From assembly GCA_044892505.1 (NCBI GenBank), contig CM097883.1:358253821-358300000 (forward strand): a stretch of DNA of 46,180 bases, written 5' to 3'. How positions within the stretch are numbered: the stretch's first letter is position 1; each line of letters begins with the position of its first letter. The notes below the pieces were generated by a model that had not been told where the DNA came from, did not search any database, and saw only the letters and a list, made by a program, of their open reading frames with translations. Positions 35,070 to 46,180 of this stretch are shown here, one piece after another. Made by a program: the position numbers and the translations under genes. Source of the DNA: Schmidtea nova. Its lineage: Eukaryota.

Positions 35070-38000
35070 TTATTGTACAAATAATGCCAATTTTAGTAAA
35101 TCTGTAGCCGTTGGCCGTTTATCCGGTTCCGGATGCAACATATCAGCAATGAAACCTTTCAACTCCTCCGTTACAAATCGAGTTTGCGGCAATTCAAGCT
35201 TTTTTGTTGTAGCGATTCTGTATATTACAGCAAAGATTTCATGATCATGGAATGGCGGCTGGCCTGAAATTAAATAAATGGATATAAAAAATATAATTCC
35301 ACGAGTTGCTGCCCATTGACAACGGCAATTCTGCATCATTCAAACAAAAATTATAAGAAAATCATTGAAGATTCATTTTTAAAAAAAAGTCGAGTCTGAA
35401 AAATTATTTACCGAATGTATTGAGGGAACTTAAATAATAAAATAATTATTAATACACAAAAAATAATTGGGGGAAACTGTTAAAATTAAAAATATGATGT
35501 TACAGAATTCTAAGAAGCAAGAGTGAGAAAAAAAATTGAAAAATGAGAATTAATATAAAAAAATCAATGAAATCAAACAATGAAATAAGACAAGGTCATT
35601 TTTAATCAATAAGTACAATTTAAAACAGATATTTCTAAAACGAAAAAAACTAATTGGAAAATGAATTTTCCTTATCTCGACAGCTTGTCTGAAATAACAA
35701 AGTGAAAGAAAAAAATTCCCCAACGAAATCAGAATTTTGTTATTAATAAAATTCAAGGATGGAAAAGTGGGACGCAACAGCAAATGTCCAGTAAGTGTTA
35801 TTTGATAACATACTATAAAAGGGGAGATAAAAATTATACAGATATAAAATTGTTTGGATTATGTAAATGATTATAAATAAAAATTTAATTATAAAAAAAT
35901 TTCAGTGTGAAATCAACTGAAAATTCAAAAGTTTCAGAAATACAGATCAAGTGAAAAAATGAATTTAAGTTTGAAAAATCGAAAAAAACAATATTTTTTA
36001 CGAGAAAGTATGAGTAAATGGAAAATTAAAAATAAATGAGGCAAATTTATATCGATGGCAGGATTCTCAGGTAATGTAAATAAAATATTACAAACTATTT
36101 CATTAATTAATTTAAATATTGTTGGCGACATTAATCGTGCTAAAGGCAATAGAAAATTCCCAAATTTCACAAAATAAGGTATGACTAGGCCGGCGGGACA
36201 ATTGGGTCGGTCTAAAGGGTCAGATGAAAGGCCGGTGAAATATATATATATAATTAAATTAATGATTTTAAATAATTATTTTCAATTATGTAATATTTAT
36301 TTGCTCTACTTTCAAAGTAGATTTAATAATAAATGAAATATCTAAAAATGTTCCAGAGATAAAGAAATATTTGAATGGTTAAATTTATTTATTTATATCT
36401 ATAATTAATTAATTTTATTTAATAACCTTCTTTTATTATATGTGCTGTTAATTGTTTTACTATCCTAAAAACCCGTTTTAAAATCGTCTGCCCGGGGCCA
36501 GTCAAATCGGCCATTCCGTTACTGACAAGCGTAATAGCGGTCTAGAAACATAATAATATACATTTATGTTGGTAAATATCTGATACAGCTCGCAAATGAA
36601 GGTGAATAATAACAGGGATTTAAAATAAGCAAGAAAAAACAGAACAAGTTTTACCATTAAAGGCGTAAACTTCGAAAGGAGCCTAATTAACATAATTGTG
36701 ACTAAATCTATTCATAAATTAGATATGCTAATCAGAGAAAATACCTTTGCGTAGCATCAGTGGCGGATTCTACGGTAAGCGGACTAAATTTGATTGTAAG
36801 GGGCCCAAAAAGGCCGATTGTGTTAGATATTTAAGTTAAACATTTTTTCAAAACCCTTGTATTCAATTTTATGTCGACTTTTATTTACCAGCACCAGAAA
36901 CGAAAAACAATCGTTTCTGCATCAGAAGTATAAAGAAGATTTGAGGACCCCGTTATTTGTATCGCTTACGGCGAATATTTTCGCAATAAATCCCGCTTTG
37001 TCAGTTAAGACATTTAGCAGAGATCCTGGAGAATTTCGAGAATTTATGTTAGACTATTATCAGATGACAAAAACCTATGAATATTCGGATACTGTTATAA
37101 TTTAAAAGAAATGGCAAGGTGGAATTATAAAAATTTGATGCCGACAGGCCAGCTGCAAATGGAAAAATATGATAAGCACTGACTGCTTGAATATAACCAA
37201 GAGATTTAAGAAGAAGATTCCGACAATAATTTGACCAGAAAGCAGAATGAACATGTATACGAGAATTCTCATATCAGTCGTTGCTATTGACAGAAAGAGC
37301 ATTCGGGCTCCAAGCAACATGAAATGATGCAACCAAAGCCATAATAAAAGATAAATTATTGGCAGGATTTACCAATATTATGAGAAATGCATTGATTCTC
37401 CCCGCGGGAGATGATTTTTGGGAATTAACAAGAAAAGCTGTTATTATCGGAAGTAGCTTAAAGATTCACATAATTTATGGTTGATTGTGAAAAACCAACA
37501 GTTGAGTGTTTTAATTACCACAGAGACAAATATACAGTTAAAATAGTGATTGATACCAGAAGAAGTAGCCAATGCACTAGATATGATATGAATAACCACA
37601 TCGCATGAACTTGCAATGTGACAAATGTGTTGGGCTGATGGGAGCAACAAATAGGAAAAGCAAGATTAAATAATTAGTAAAAGTACAAAGAAAAAAAGAT
37701 AAGAAAGGAAATGAAAATAGAAAAAGAAATTAAGAAATAAGTAAAGGATAATAAAATAATAATAAATTAGTGAAAGAAAAACAATCAATTAAAAAAAAGA
37801 ATAAAGTCAAAAGTCCCTAAAAGTATCAAAGAAATACTAAATAATTAAGAAATAATAAATTTCATTAGAATAATGGTTAAAATTAGGAAAATTAATTACA
37901 AAATAACCACAAATAATAGATATAAAATTAAAACCATGATTGGCTAAATAAAATAATAAAACTTACGCATTTACGGGGGCGTACAAATTCTGATTGGCTT

Positions 38001-41000
38001 ATTCTGATTACGTAAATTGTATATAAGGAACTAGTCAAGTCAATCACTTACCTTACAAAAACTGAAACATTAACATTAACTCTATTACCGATTTTGGGAG
38101 TCACATTATTGGGAATACTGCTATAAGGACTTGAGAAGCTGATTGCAGAAAATATTTGTACCGAAACTTGGAGAATAATAAATAATTGGTAATTTTAATT
38201 TTGTTATTGTTTTGTGCTTTATTTTCATTTATTTAACTATCACTTCCTGAAGATCAATTGCGTCCGACAGAGTATATTTAGAAAGAATAAATGTTCGCCA
38301 ATCAAATATAGTATGTAATGTTGTTATGATCGAGGATTATTCCATAAAATTAAGAGAACAAGAGAGTACTTTCGATATAATCCCATGAATATTGATGGAA
38401 CATCCTCAGTGCAATGCAAAATTTGGAAACGGCAGAACAGGGATCAAATAAAAGATCATTGTGAAATGTCACTATCAAAGAAAATTATTATGAGCTGAAC
38501 CAAGTATCAATATTCACCCAAAAGCAAAATAGTTTCTCATAAAGAAAAGATGTTGAAAATAATCACCAAACACCAAAGAGAATACATCAGCGAGGAGAAA
38601 AAGACAAGTTTTATACGAGACAAATCATAAAGGGATTGTACTTGTAGAAAAAGTTCATGAAAACAGCGAAAAATATTCATAACGATGACATCAAAATCAC
38701 GAACTAGATAAATAATAAAGTAGATTGCTTATATCGTGATCTGTAAGGGCAGAAGCAGGAAATGTATCAAGAAGTGACACCCAATAGTGCAAATTAAATC
38801 GGGAAATTGTCAGAAATCGGTTAGCCATGTCAACTATAATCCGGATTTGGTGACATCTATGTGGTTAGAAAACGGAATGCTTGGTAGGATTATGAAAGAA
38901 GCTGTACATAGGTCTTAATGCCAACCCCTTAATTCAGTTCAGGGGCAAATTATGAATCGAAAAAGAAGCTACTACGAATGCTATAGTGCAGAACAGAATC
39001 ATATGATAAAAAGAATTATCCGAGATTTGTGCAACTACCTAACCTTAAAAGTTTACCATCCTCACTAAAAGAAAAATCACCGAATTTTCAAATTGCATCG
39101 GGAAATCTGAATCAAATATATCTATATACTCTTTAACAATACCAAAAAAAAAATAATTACTCCTAGCACAAGTACATCACTAAGATCAGTAAAGGATGAA
39201 ACACGATACCCATTGGAATCACCCGAAGCAGTAAAAGCTAAATTCAAGGAGTATAATCGGCGAGATTCAGAGCAAATACCATTGGGATAACGCATGCTGC
39301 TATTTCTATGACAAACTGTATGAATTTGGAAAAGAAACCAGTGATAGAAATAAAATTTAATGGGTACGTGGCGCAGGCAGTAATAGATTCATGTGCAGAC
39401 GGACTAATCATTGAAGCAGCTATTCTATACCAAAAGGAAATTTAATCAATAGGAACTTCAAGGGTCATATTTACAGGTGCAACAGGAACGTCACTAAACA
39501 TTATCGGTACTCTGGCTTGCAATATCAAGATATGTGACCAAGAATTTCGTCACGATATCATAGTCATGAGAACTTGTCCAGTGGAATGTATACTGGGAAT
39601 GGATCTTTTACGAAGATTAAAAGGGAAAACTATTTGTTGGTGCCACCAGATTGGTAATAAAATGAAAGTTTACAACGATAATACAGTTTTCATTGATCAT
39701 ACGATGGTAATACCACTTAGGGCAGGATCAGTGTGTTTTGTGTCCACCTGTGAACATTGGCAAGGAGAAGTCGCGTTCGAACCGGCAAAAATAATCTATC
39801 AATTACTCAAAGTATTGGTAAGGTGGAAAATGGCAGAATACCAATTCGCACCATGAAAACTGAACCCTGATACCCTGGTAAGAAGAGTGTTTTGGCACAT
39901 GAACACAGGATCTACCTCCTCTTTATTACACAAAATGTCACGTGAGTGTGACGTAAATATTATTTGCTTATTGCCGATTGAATTTAGGAAGGGTGTAACA
40001 AGCGCACTGTCCAGAAAAGACGAATAAAAGCTGATTTTACAATTTAACAAATTAATTAGAAATGTTTTGACTTTATTATCGAGCTGATGAAAGGGTTTGA
40101 GATTTCGGATAAAAGGTTAAATTACATTTATTTCATTTTCTTCAAATGTTCTTTCAGCTTGTTGATTCCATTCTAGAGTTATGATGAGGTGATTCCATGA
40201 AGTCGAGAAAAGTGTATTCGACATCCTTAGGCGGATTTGATTTCTTGTTGATTTAGAACCCATTCTATTGTGAAAACGTCAGTTGAAACTATTTCAATAG
40301 CCAAGGGTTAGTAACATTTCTAAGTTCATTTGAATACAGTGGCGTACCAAGGATTTCTGGGGCCCTTGTGCAGATTTTGGGACGCACAAAATATTTGTCG
40401 AACGAAGTGATCCGAGGAACCAAACCATAGGCAGGCTTGGGGGAAGGTGATTAGCAACTCTCTGAGTAAATTTGCGCATTTTAAAACAGAAATAGTAGCG
40501 TTTCCGGTTGGGGTTGAAGGGATATTTTGTTACTTCTAGGTATTCTCTGTATATAGAATGGGCACATGCCAGGTACCATCATGATATAATGAACAATAAT
40601 TGTTGTTATTGTCACTAATTTATTGAAACATAATTCTTAGAAAAAACTCAGATTATACGCTTATTTCACCATAATATAAAATTGAATCACATGATAAAAA
40701 GAAAGAACAAATCAAACATATGTCCTAATTTAGTTGGACACGATTCAAGTTTAAGATTTGTCAAAGGACAAACCCTAAAAATCCCAAAAGTTAAAATGTC
40801 CGTTTGCGCGCCTTCTCTTGACCAAAAATATCGACCACTTTTGAAATGTCAAGCTTTCTTGCATGTTCATTTTCTATCGATAGTTGTAAATTACAACTAT
40901 ATCCAATATAGATTCCTAATAATATTAAATGTATAAACCGTCCAAACTGTGGTTGCTGTCTTAATTAAAAAAAAACAAACGCCCAAGCGATGTTTGGTTT

Positions 41001-42929
41001 GATGACAATCGGGGAATTTATAATGCTCGAACGTATAAAATTTACTAATATTTCGTCCTGGGCCCTTGTGCCTTGCACAACCTGCACAACCTATTGCTAC
41101 GCCACTGTTTGAATACATTGGGTAGGCCATTGCTATGCAATGAGAATGAAATTTTTCATTTACCTCTGAACCGTTCTTTTGTTTTAAAAAACACCGTTTT
41201 TCCAAATTTTAGCTTTAATTAAAACCCAAAAAAAAGACCCGCGATCAAGATTAGACCAATTGTATCCAATACAAAATGACCAACAACCAAAGTGAGTTGG
41301 CTTCTCTCCAAAATTCTAAAACCACTGCTGGGCCAAGTACCACACCACTTTCAAAGCAGTGACTGTCATATGTCAAAATTGAATAAAACAAATAAAACAC
41401 CCATATAAATTTAATTACCGCCTATATACTTCCATATACACTTCTATCCTCCCTAAAAAGGCTATAAATTATTTATAAAGAAAGTTAAGAAAATGCAAAC
41501 TTAAAGTTAAGGAGATGCATTAAACTTCTAACTGTGATTCTCACAAACACTCACTTTACATTTGAACAGAAAGTGTACTAGCAAAAGAAAGGTCTACAAA
41601 TGTGCTCAAACATATCAGCCATACTATCGATCATATTCATGGATTATCTCGAACAACAAACACTGGTAACTATAAATACCATTGGTATATACGCACGATA
41701 TGTAGATGATATCTTTATCCCGACCAATAGCAAAAAGGAAGCGGAAGAAATGTTTTGTATTTTGTCTTTAATGCGGCACACAATGACATAAAATTTGAGA
41801 TTGAATACCCGAAAGGAGACGGATTCCTCCAACTATTAGAACTGAGAATAAAATTAAACTCAGACACACCAACATACAGATTCCACAAAATATCATTCCG
41901 CAAGGTGATATTTAGGCGCCGAAGATCAGCAGAAAGCAAAGGTCATTAAAAATGAAAGCATGACGCTATCGGTTCATTAATCACACCCCTCCTACAAAAA
42001 TGTCTAATTTTAACAGGTTATACCCAAGCTTATATGTAACAAGATGAATGTATTATGAAATCACGGGAACGAACTCGGAAAACGTTTATGACTTAAAGAG
42101 AGGGAGATTCACGTTAGCGAGTCCAGCAATAATCTACCAACACATGCTTGTCCCTATGATCTTGGTATCTTTCCTCCATCGTTTTGATATCCCGATGGAA
42201 TTTATTTCCTTGTCTTTCGCTATGGAGGCTTAGATTCTCTGGAAAATGACTGTCAAGAAAGTGTTTCTTTATGCTCATTTTCCATCCAAGAATTTCAAAG
42301 TAAAAAAGCATAGTTTTCACAAATCCTTCCTAACTATCAGCTCGATAACTTTCCAAGAAATTCTTCACCACTGAAACGTAACTGTTATCGTGCTTAACTG
42401 TCAATATTTGGATGTCTAAAACAATGTCACAAAATATAAATATTAATAAACAGCGCATCGGAGAATTCTGACACCGCCATGGACATCACCATCAACATAA
42501 AAGGCAATAATAAAAATAGCCTCCTCCTTACCAGTAATCATATTGATCACAGTAGCACCAAGAGACCAAATATCGGCAGAAACAGAGTACGTCTCACCAT
42601 CTTGGGATAGGATAACTTCGGGGGCCATAAAATTGGGAGTCCCGAGGAATGTATGAGCTTTAGTTGTTTTACCGTCAGTTCTAATTAGTGACCGACCGAG
42701 TCCAAAATCTGCTACTTTTACATTGTTATCATGATTCATTAAAATGTTGGCAGCTAGAAAAAAATTTTTAAACAAATAATCATAAATTATTTTATTTACG
42801 CTTTAAATCTCGATGGATAATCTTGGTTCTATGCAGAAATTCCAGACATTCCAGGATCTGCTTGCTGTAGCGGATCACGTCTGTGACCGCTATGGACTTC
42901 TCTCGTACAATTTTATCTTCCAGGGAGCC
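35070..42929 (-). CDS. STE11/MEKK-like MAP3K Ser/Thr kinase, C-lobe exons only (5'-partial, 181 aa visible)
   Basis: Exons 42929-42800, 42753-42532, 35263-35070; introns 46 and 7268 nt, both phase 1. Spliced protein: GSLEDKI...FLHRTKIIHRDLKPANILM...DFG...GTPNFMAPEVI...ADIWSLGATVINMITGQPPF...AVIYRIAT...HPEPDKRPTATDLL. Gly-loop, VAIK and alphaC exons were not found in the window. Confidence 0.85.
36930..37620 (+). pseudogene. PIF/Harbinger transposase relic inside the kinase intron
   Basis: DPGEFREFMLDYYQM resembles D..F..YFRM; VVAIDRKSIRAP resembles GAIDGKH; ECFNY and PEEVANAL are also present. Heavily interrupted. Confidence 0.55.
38200..40000 (+). mobile_element. Highly decayed Ty3/Gypsy gag-protease relic
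   Basis: Protease remnant GYVAQAVIDSCADG...TGATGTSLNIIG...IIVMRTCPVECILGMDLL followed by a post-protease spacer. An upstream AT-rich segment starting TGTTGGGCTG at about 37628, with CCAAT and TATA motifs, may be its LTR. Confidence 0.65.
40080..41330 (-). pseudogene. Gypsy RT / RT-RNaseH linker relic, split by a MITE
   Basis: NQQEIKSA*GC resembles K.IRSFLG; LEWNQQAERTFE resembles F.W..E...AF; LTFYPKSQ resembles L.FYDP. Very degenerate. Confidence 0.4.
40337..41107. mobile_element. hAT MITE (771 bp)
   Basis: TIR CAGTGGCGTA / TACGCCACTG is 10/10. Exact 8-bp TSD TTTGAATA at 40329-40336 and 41108-41115. Confidence 0.92.
41520..41900 (+). pseudogene. Penelope-like element reverse transcriptase relic
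   Basis: THFTFEQKVY*QKKGLQMCSNISAILSIIFMDYLE...YARYVDDIF, then after a frameshift FNAAHNDIKFEIE...FLQLLELRI. This is the PLE RT pattern Q..G..MGS...RYVDD...H..IKFT.E...LPFLD. Confidence 0.8.
42114..42420 (-). pseudogene. CMC/Chapaev-like DNA transposase C-terminal relic
   Basis: VVKNFL...LGWKMSIKKHFLDSHFPENL...SERQGNKFHRDIKTMEERYQ...LVDYCWT matches the HFLHSH...SDEHGERFHQDI...ADYCW pattern. The family label is from recall. Confidence 0.7.
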
Positions 42930-43924
42930 CTTCAATGAAAATGCTAGTTTATCAACAAATTTCTCAATTTTAGTGTCAAATTTTATTTCCTTATCGTTTG
43001 ATTTGCTGATTTTAGATTTAATAAAAATGTTTATTTAAATTAAAATAAAATACCATAAATAATAATTATCATTATTTTTATCTTTTCTTTTAGAAATTTT
43101 CAGTAATTTTTTTTTCATATAGAAATTATGGTTCAAAATTATTTTAATTGTCCTACGAATTTCTATAAAGTCTTTTAAATAAGAAAAATAAAAAAAAATT
43201 TTTATATTTTTAAAAAAATATTACTATTAATTTATTCAAATTCGAATATCAAAGACTGCCTCCCACGGTCGTGAGCATTCATCAGTTATATGATTAGCGG
43301 TACCCGGAAGCTAAATAAACTGCAAATGTTATATATTTGATTTAGCGTCCGAGAATTTGATCAGATCTTGATTAAACATTACGAAAGGCCCTAAGCTTAA
43401 CCTTTTCTCGCGGCCCCTGTTAGAGCTTGATATGTGTGCGGGTAACGCTAACACGAAGTAATATTAAATTTGCATTCTCATGCTTTTACAAATATAAACA
43501 AACAATATTGTTACATAATTTCGATTTTCAATCACCTAAAAGAATTGCACAGTTTTCGACTTTTACAAAATAGGCTAAGCTTTTACTATAGATACCTATC
43601 CTTGTTTGACTAGCGGATGACGAATTTATCTTCAGTAACGCAACATACGCTCTCTTTCTCTCTCCGAACAAATCTGAGAATTTTTATTGTTTTTGGTTTG
43701 CTTGTTTTATTCTCAATAGTTATCCATGAAATTCACTTTTTGGGTATCTATTATAAGATATTATTAGAATTTGACTTTAATTTTCTCAGGTTTACAGACT
43801 GCTGTCAAACTGAAAAATTTTTTTACCGGTCTTGATAATAAATGGGATTAAAAAAATTTTTTAATTAATTAATAAGTTTGTATTTTTGAAATTACGGGCC
43901 TTGAAGACGCCAGTTAATTTGATA

Positions 43925-44508
43925 GGTTTACATTAATAACCGCGCGCTCTATACCGCGCCGTTAATAACCACGCACTCAAAACCGCGCACATCAAAACCG
44001 CGAGCTGTTAATAATAGCGTCGATCATAAACGTGCACCAGTGATGTATTAAAATACAATATCTGTTTGCAATCGATTAAGGGGGAATTAAAATCTTGAAC
44101 AAAATCTGTCTTGTTTTTAACTTTATTTTTCTTAACTACTGATTTACTTTCAGCCTGTCAGTCTTACATACCCTCGTTTTCGTCCAAATTAATCCTTCAT
44201 TGCATTTTAATTATAATAATTATGATAATGGGATAAATTGTGTACATACTTGTGTAGGAATTTAGGTTGATTAATTGAAATTTTTTCGGATTTATTAAAC
44301 AGACTTTTGTAGAATTATTTTTTGTTTATATCTACTTATGTTATGAGTAATGTGTATATAAATACTTGTTTAGGAATATAGGTGGATTAAATTTATTTTC
44401 ATATTTTTTTATCTAAACTTCCTCAAATAGGCATTTTCAAGGTCGCGGTATTTTTGTTGCGCGGTTTTAAACAGCGCTGTTGTGCGCGCGCTGTTTTAAC
44501 TGTATACC
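43925..44508. mobile_element. Mutator/MULE-type foldback MITE (584 bp)
   Basis: TIRs GGTTTACATTAATAACCGCGCGC vs reverse complement GGTATACAGTTAAAACAGCGCGCGC, with AAAACCGCGC subterminal repeats. Exact 9-bp TSD AATTTGATA at 43916-43924 and 44509-44517. Confidence 0.9.
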
Positions 44509-45976
44509 AATTTGATATTATTATATTCGCTTTAATATGGTCATTTGGTACCTCTTATTATTTTCTCTTTCTAAAAATATTGATTTACAGATTTTGTAAT
44601 TCCTTAATAATATTAATTATCTCTTTTGTATATTTTTGTATAGCCTCAACAAATTAATAGATTTATTTAATTAAAGTCGATACTATTTATCTGACTCTTT
44701 GGTGTTCTTATGATTGATTCACAAAAATAACCGAACAGAGAAAATTTAATTTGAAATTACAGTTAACAAAAATATTTGATACGATTTCTGACAACGACAA
44801 GCCTCTGTAAAAATTCACAATAACTTTGAATTGTTTTTCCGATTGAACGTGGGGATACGTCTCCCAATAGAAGATCTACCCTTCTGCTACGCGTTGAAGA
44901 ATAAATTTAAACTTTCCCTTTTTAACTCGATTAACTTTTCTCTTTAATTTGTTTAACTTTCCTTTATAATTCGTTTAACTTTTCTTTTAATAATTCTTTG
45001 CTCACCCATTTTGTTCAACCACTCTGGCAACTTCTGGAATTTTCGTATCGTTTATATACTGCTTGTTTTAATGAGTTTTCCCTAGCAAGCTGTCTAGTGG
45101 CGTCTCCAACTTGTCATTTCTTAATTACTTTAATTAAAATAAGACATTAATTATACATTCGTTAATTAACGTCCTCGGCTTTTCCTTTTGACATTAATTT
45201 TCGCAGGGCTAATTATCTCGTTCGAGTTTCCAAACTACTCGGGTTCCCCATTAGCTCGGGCTTCCCATTAGCCAATTAATAAATTAATTCTTTTTAATTT
45301 TTTTTCTTTTGGGGACACCCCATAGATTTTATTTTACCATTTTGGATTCGTCTCACAATTTTTCATACACCCGTACCAATTTCCCCCGCAAAAACTTTAT
45401 TTTTTGAAATTTTCTAAATTTTTAATTAGATTCCATAATTTAATTATTACTTTTAAAATTTTCCATTTTATTGATTTTTATTTTACTAATTTTTATTAAA
45501 CCTCAACATACCTCAACCTCGAATCTGTGATTATTTATATACTTATNNNNNNNNNNNNNNNNNNNNNNNNNNNNNNNNNNNNNNNNNNNNNNNNNNNNNN
45601 NNNNNNNNNNNNNNNNNNNNNNNNNNNNNNNNNNNNNNNNNNNNNNNNNNNNNNNNNNNNNNNNNNNNNNNNNNNNNNNNNNNNNNNNNNNNNNNNNNNN
45701 NNNNNNNNNNNNNNNNNNNNNNNNNNNNNNNNNNNNNNNNNNNNNNNNNNNNNNNNNNNNNNNNNNNNNNNNNNNNNNNNNNNNNNNNNNNNNNNNNNNN
45801 NNNNNNNNNNNNNNNNNNNNNNNNNNNNNNNNNNNNNNNNNNNNNNNNNNNNNNNNNNNNNNNNNNNNNNNNNNNNNNNNNNNNNNNNNNNNNNNNNNCA
45901 CCTTTGGTCTTTTTTATATTAATATCAATAATTCTCATAATGGTAAGACTATAGATCAAAATTTCTTTAAACAAGT

Positions 45977-46009
45977 ACACAATATTTCGGCACAACTTTT
46001 ATCAAGTGT
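45977..46009 (-). ncRNA. Second copy of the minimal hammerhead motif, stem II decayed
   Basis: ACAC UUGAUAA A AGU-UGU-GCC GAAA UAUU^GUGU. It lies in a repeat of about 70 bp shared with 7718-7790. Confidence 0.45.
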
Positions 46010-46180
46010 GTATTACAATCGTTATATTAACTTAATTCTAAATATTAACCTAAATTATTTATTTTATATTTTATAATGATTTTATTGGATGAAAATAAAT
46101 TTATTTTCATTTTCATTTTAAACATGATTTTTTGTGCGAATTAAATGTTGATGGACGATTTGTATTTTTTGATGTAAAAA

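Noticed and set aside
40897-41205. 102-aa Cys/His-rich ORF (GCAGCARHKG)
   Set aside because: It is chimeric, crossing the right TIR and TSD of the hAT MITE, so it is not a gene.
45503-45995. Long X-containing ORFs (also at 2714, 5817-6158, 19273-19745, 21283, 30423)
   Set aside because: They are artefacts of reading through N gaps.

Overview
This is AT-rich eukaryotic (invertebrate-like) genomic DNA from a gapped draft assembly with seven N-runs. I rebuilt the host genes by hand from GT-AG splice sites. There are three paralogous 3-exon genes on the minus strand (3653-4281, 8648-9279, 16500-17143), each encoding a secreted protein with a small 4-Cys N-terminal module and two thyroglobulin type-1 domains (thyropin-like). 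There is also a 6-exon GCNA/ACRC-like SprT metalloprotease gene (17810-25001, minus), the C-lobe exons of a STE11/MEKK-like kinase (35070-42929, minus; N-lobe not found) and an orphan secreted ORF (14367-14873). Eleven introns are 42-51 nt, while two are 5.6 and 7.3 kb and carry transposon debris. The rest of the window is decayed mobile DNA: several Ty3/Gypsy relics, a Penelope-like RT relic, hAT, Harbinger and Chapaev-like transposase relics, MITEs with target-site duplications, and a Helitron-like 3' end. The most notable observations are a ubiquitin-like domain ending in di-Gly placed directly in front of a retrotransposon gag, minimal hammerhead ribozyme motifs with a U3-A8 core variant, a -1 frameshift cassette, and the diverged thyropin cluster. 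No database searches were run, so all family calls rest on motif recognition.
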